Shown: piece by piece, positions 63,961 to 64,000 of the stretch
Layout of the letters: each line of letters opens with the position of its first letter
How positions within the stretch are numbered: position 1 is the first letter of the stretch
Translations under genes and position numbers: made by a program
The notes under the pieces: model-generated
Database searches by the model: none
What the model was told of the DNA's origin: nothing
What the model saw: the letters and a program-made list of their open reading frames with translations, nothing else
NCBI GenBank assembly: GCA_951406725.2
Contig: OX597814.1
Span: forward strand, 152,458,001 to 152,522,000
Length of the DNA stretch: 64,000 bases
Direction: 5' to 3'
From: Octopus vulgaris
Lineage: Eukaryota

Positions 63961-64000
63961 TGACTAACTCATAAAATTTTGTTGTTCTTTTTTTTTACAA

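Overview
AT-rich, repeat-dense animal genomic DNA, most likely a coleoid cephalopod such as Octopus (inferred from the SINE families and the (TA)n/(CA)n/(TACA)n microsatellite load). Most ORFs in the track are microsatellite or transposon artefacts. The only recognisable host gene is the 3' end of DEPDC5 (GATOR1 subunit) on the minus strand: four coding exons with consistent GT-AG phases at 62197-62031, 51087-50919, 49524-49464 and 48666-48237. The rest is a TE landscape: a full-length frameshifted mariner, a truncated mariner, Tigger/pogo and hAT MITEs, a Buster-type hAT remnant, Penelope-like elements, RTE/CR1/R4-Dong/Tx1 LINE fragments, three tRNA-derived SINE families and a dispersed 5S rRNA copy. 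The most unusual signals are: (1) one SINE family forming head-to-tail multimers at the same hairpin-forming junction at four loci, each within one TSD; (2) a 5'-inverted RTE insertion with a 12-bp TSD; (3) degenerate minimal hammerhead-ribozyme motifs and long palindromes; (4) a 5S copy abutting a tRNA-SINE; (5) a cluster of YY1-type motifs that may mark an unannotated promoter. Boundaries of degenerate repeats are approximate.
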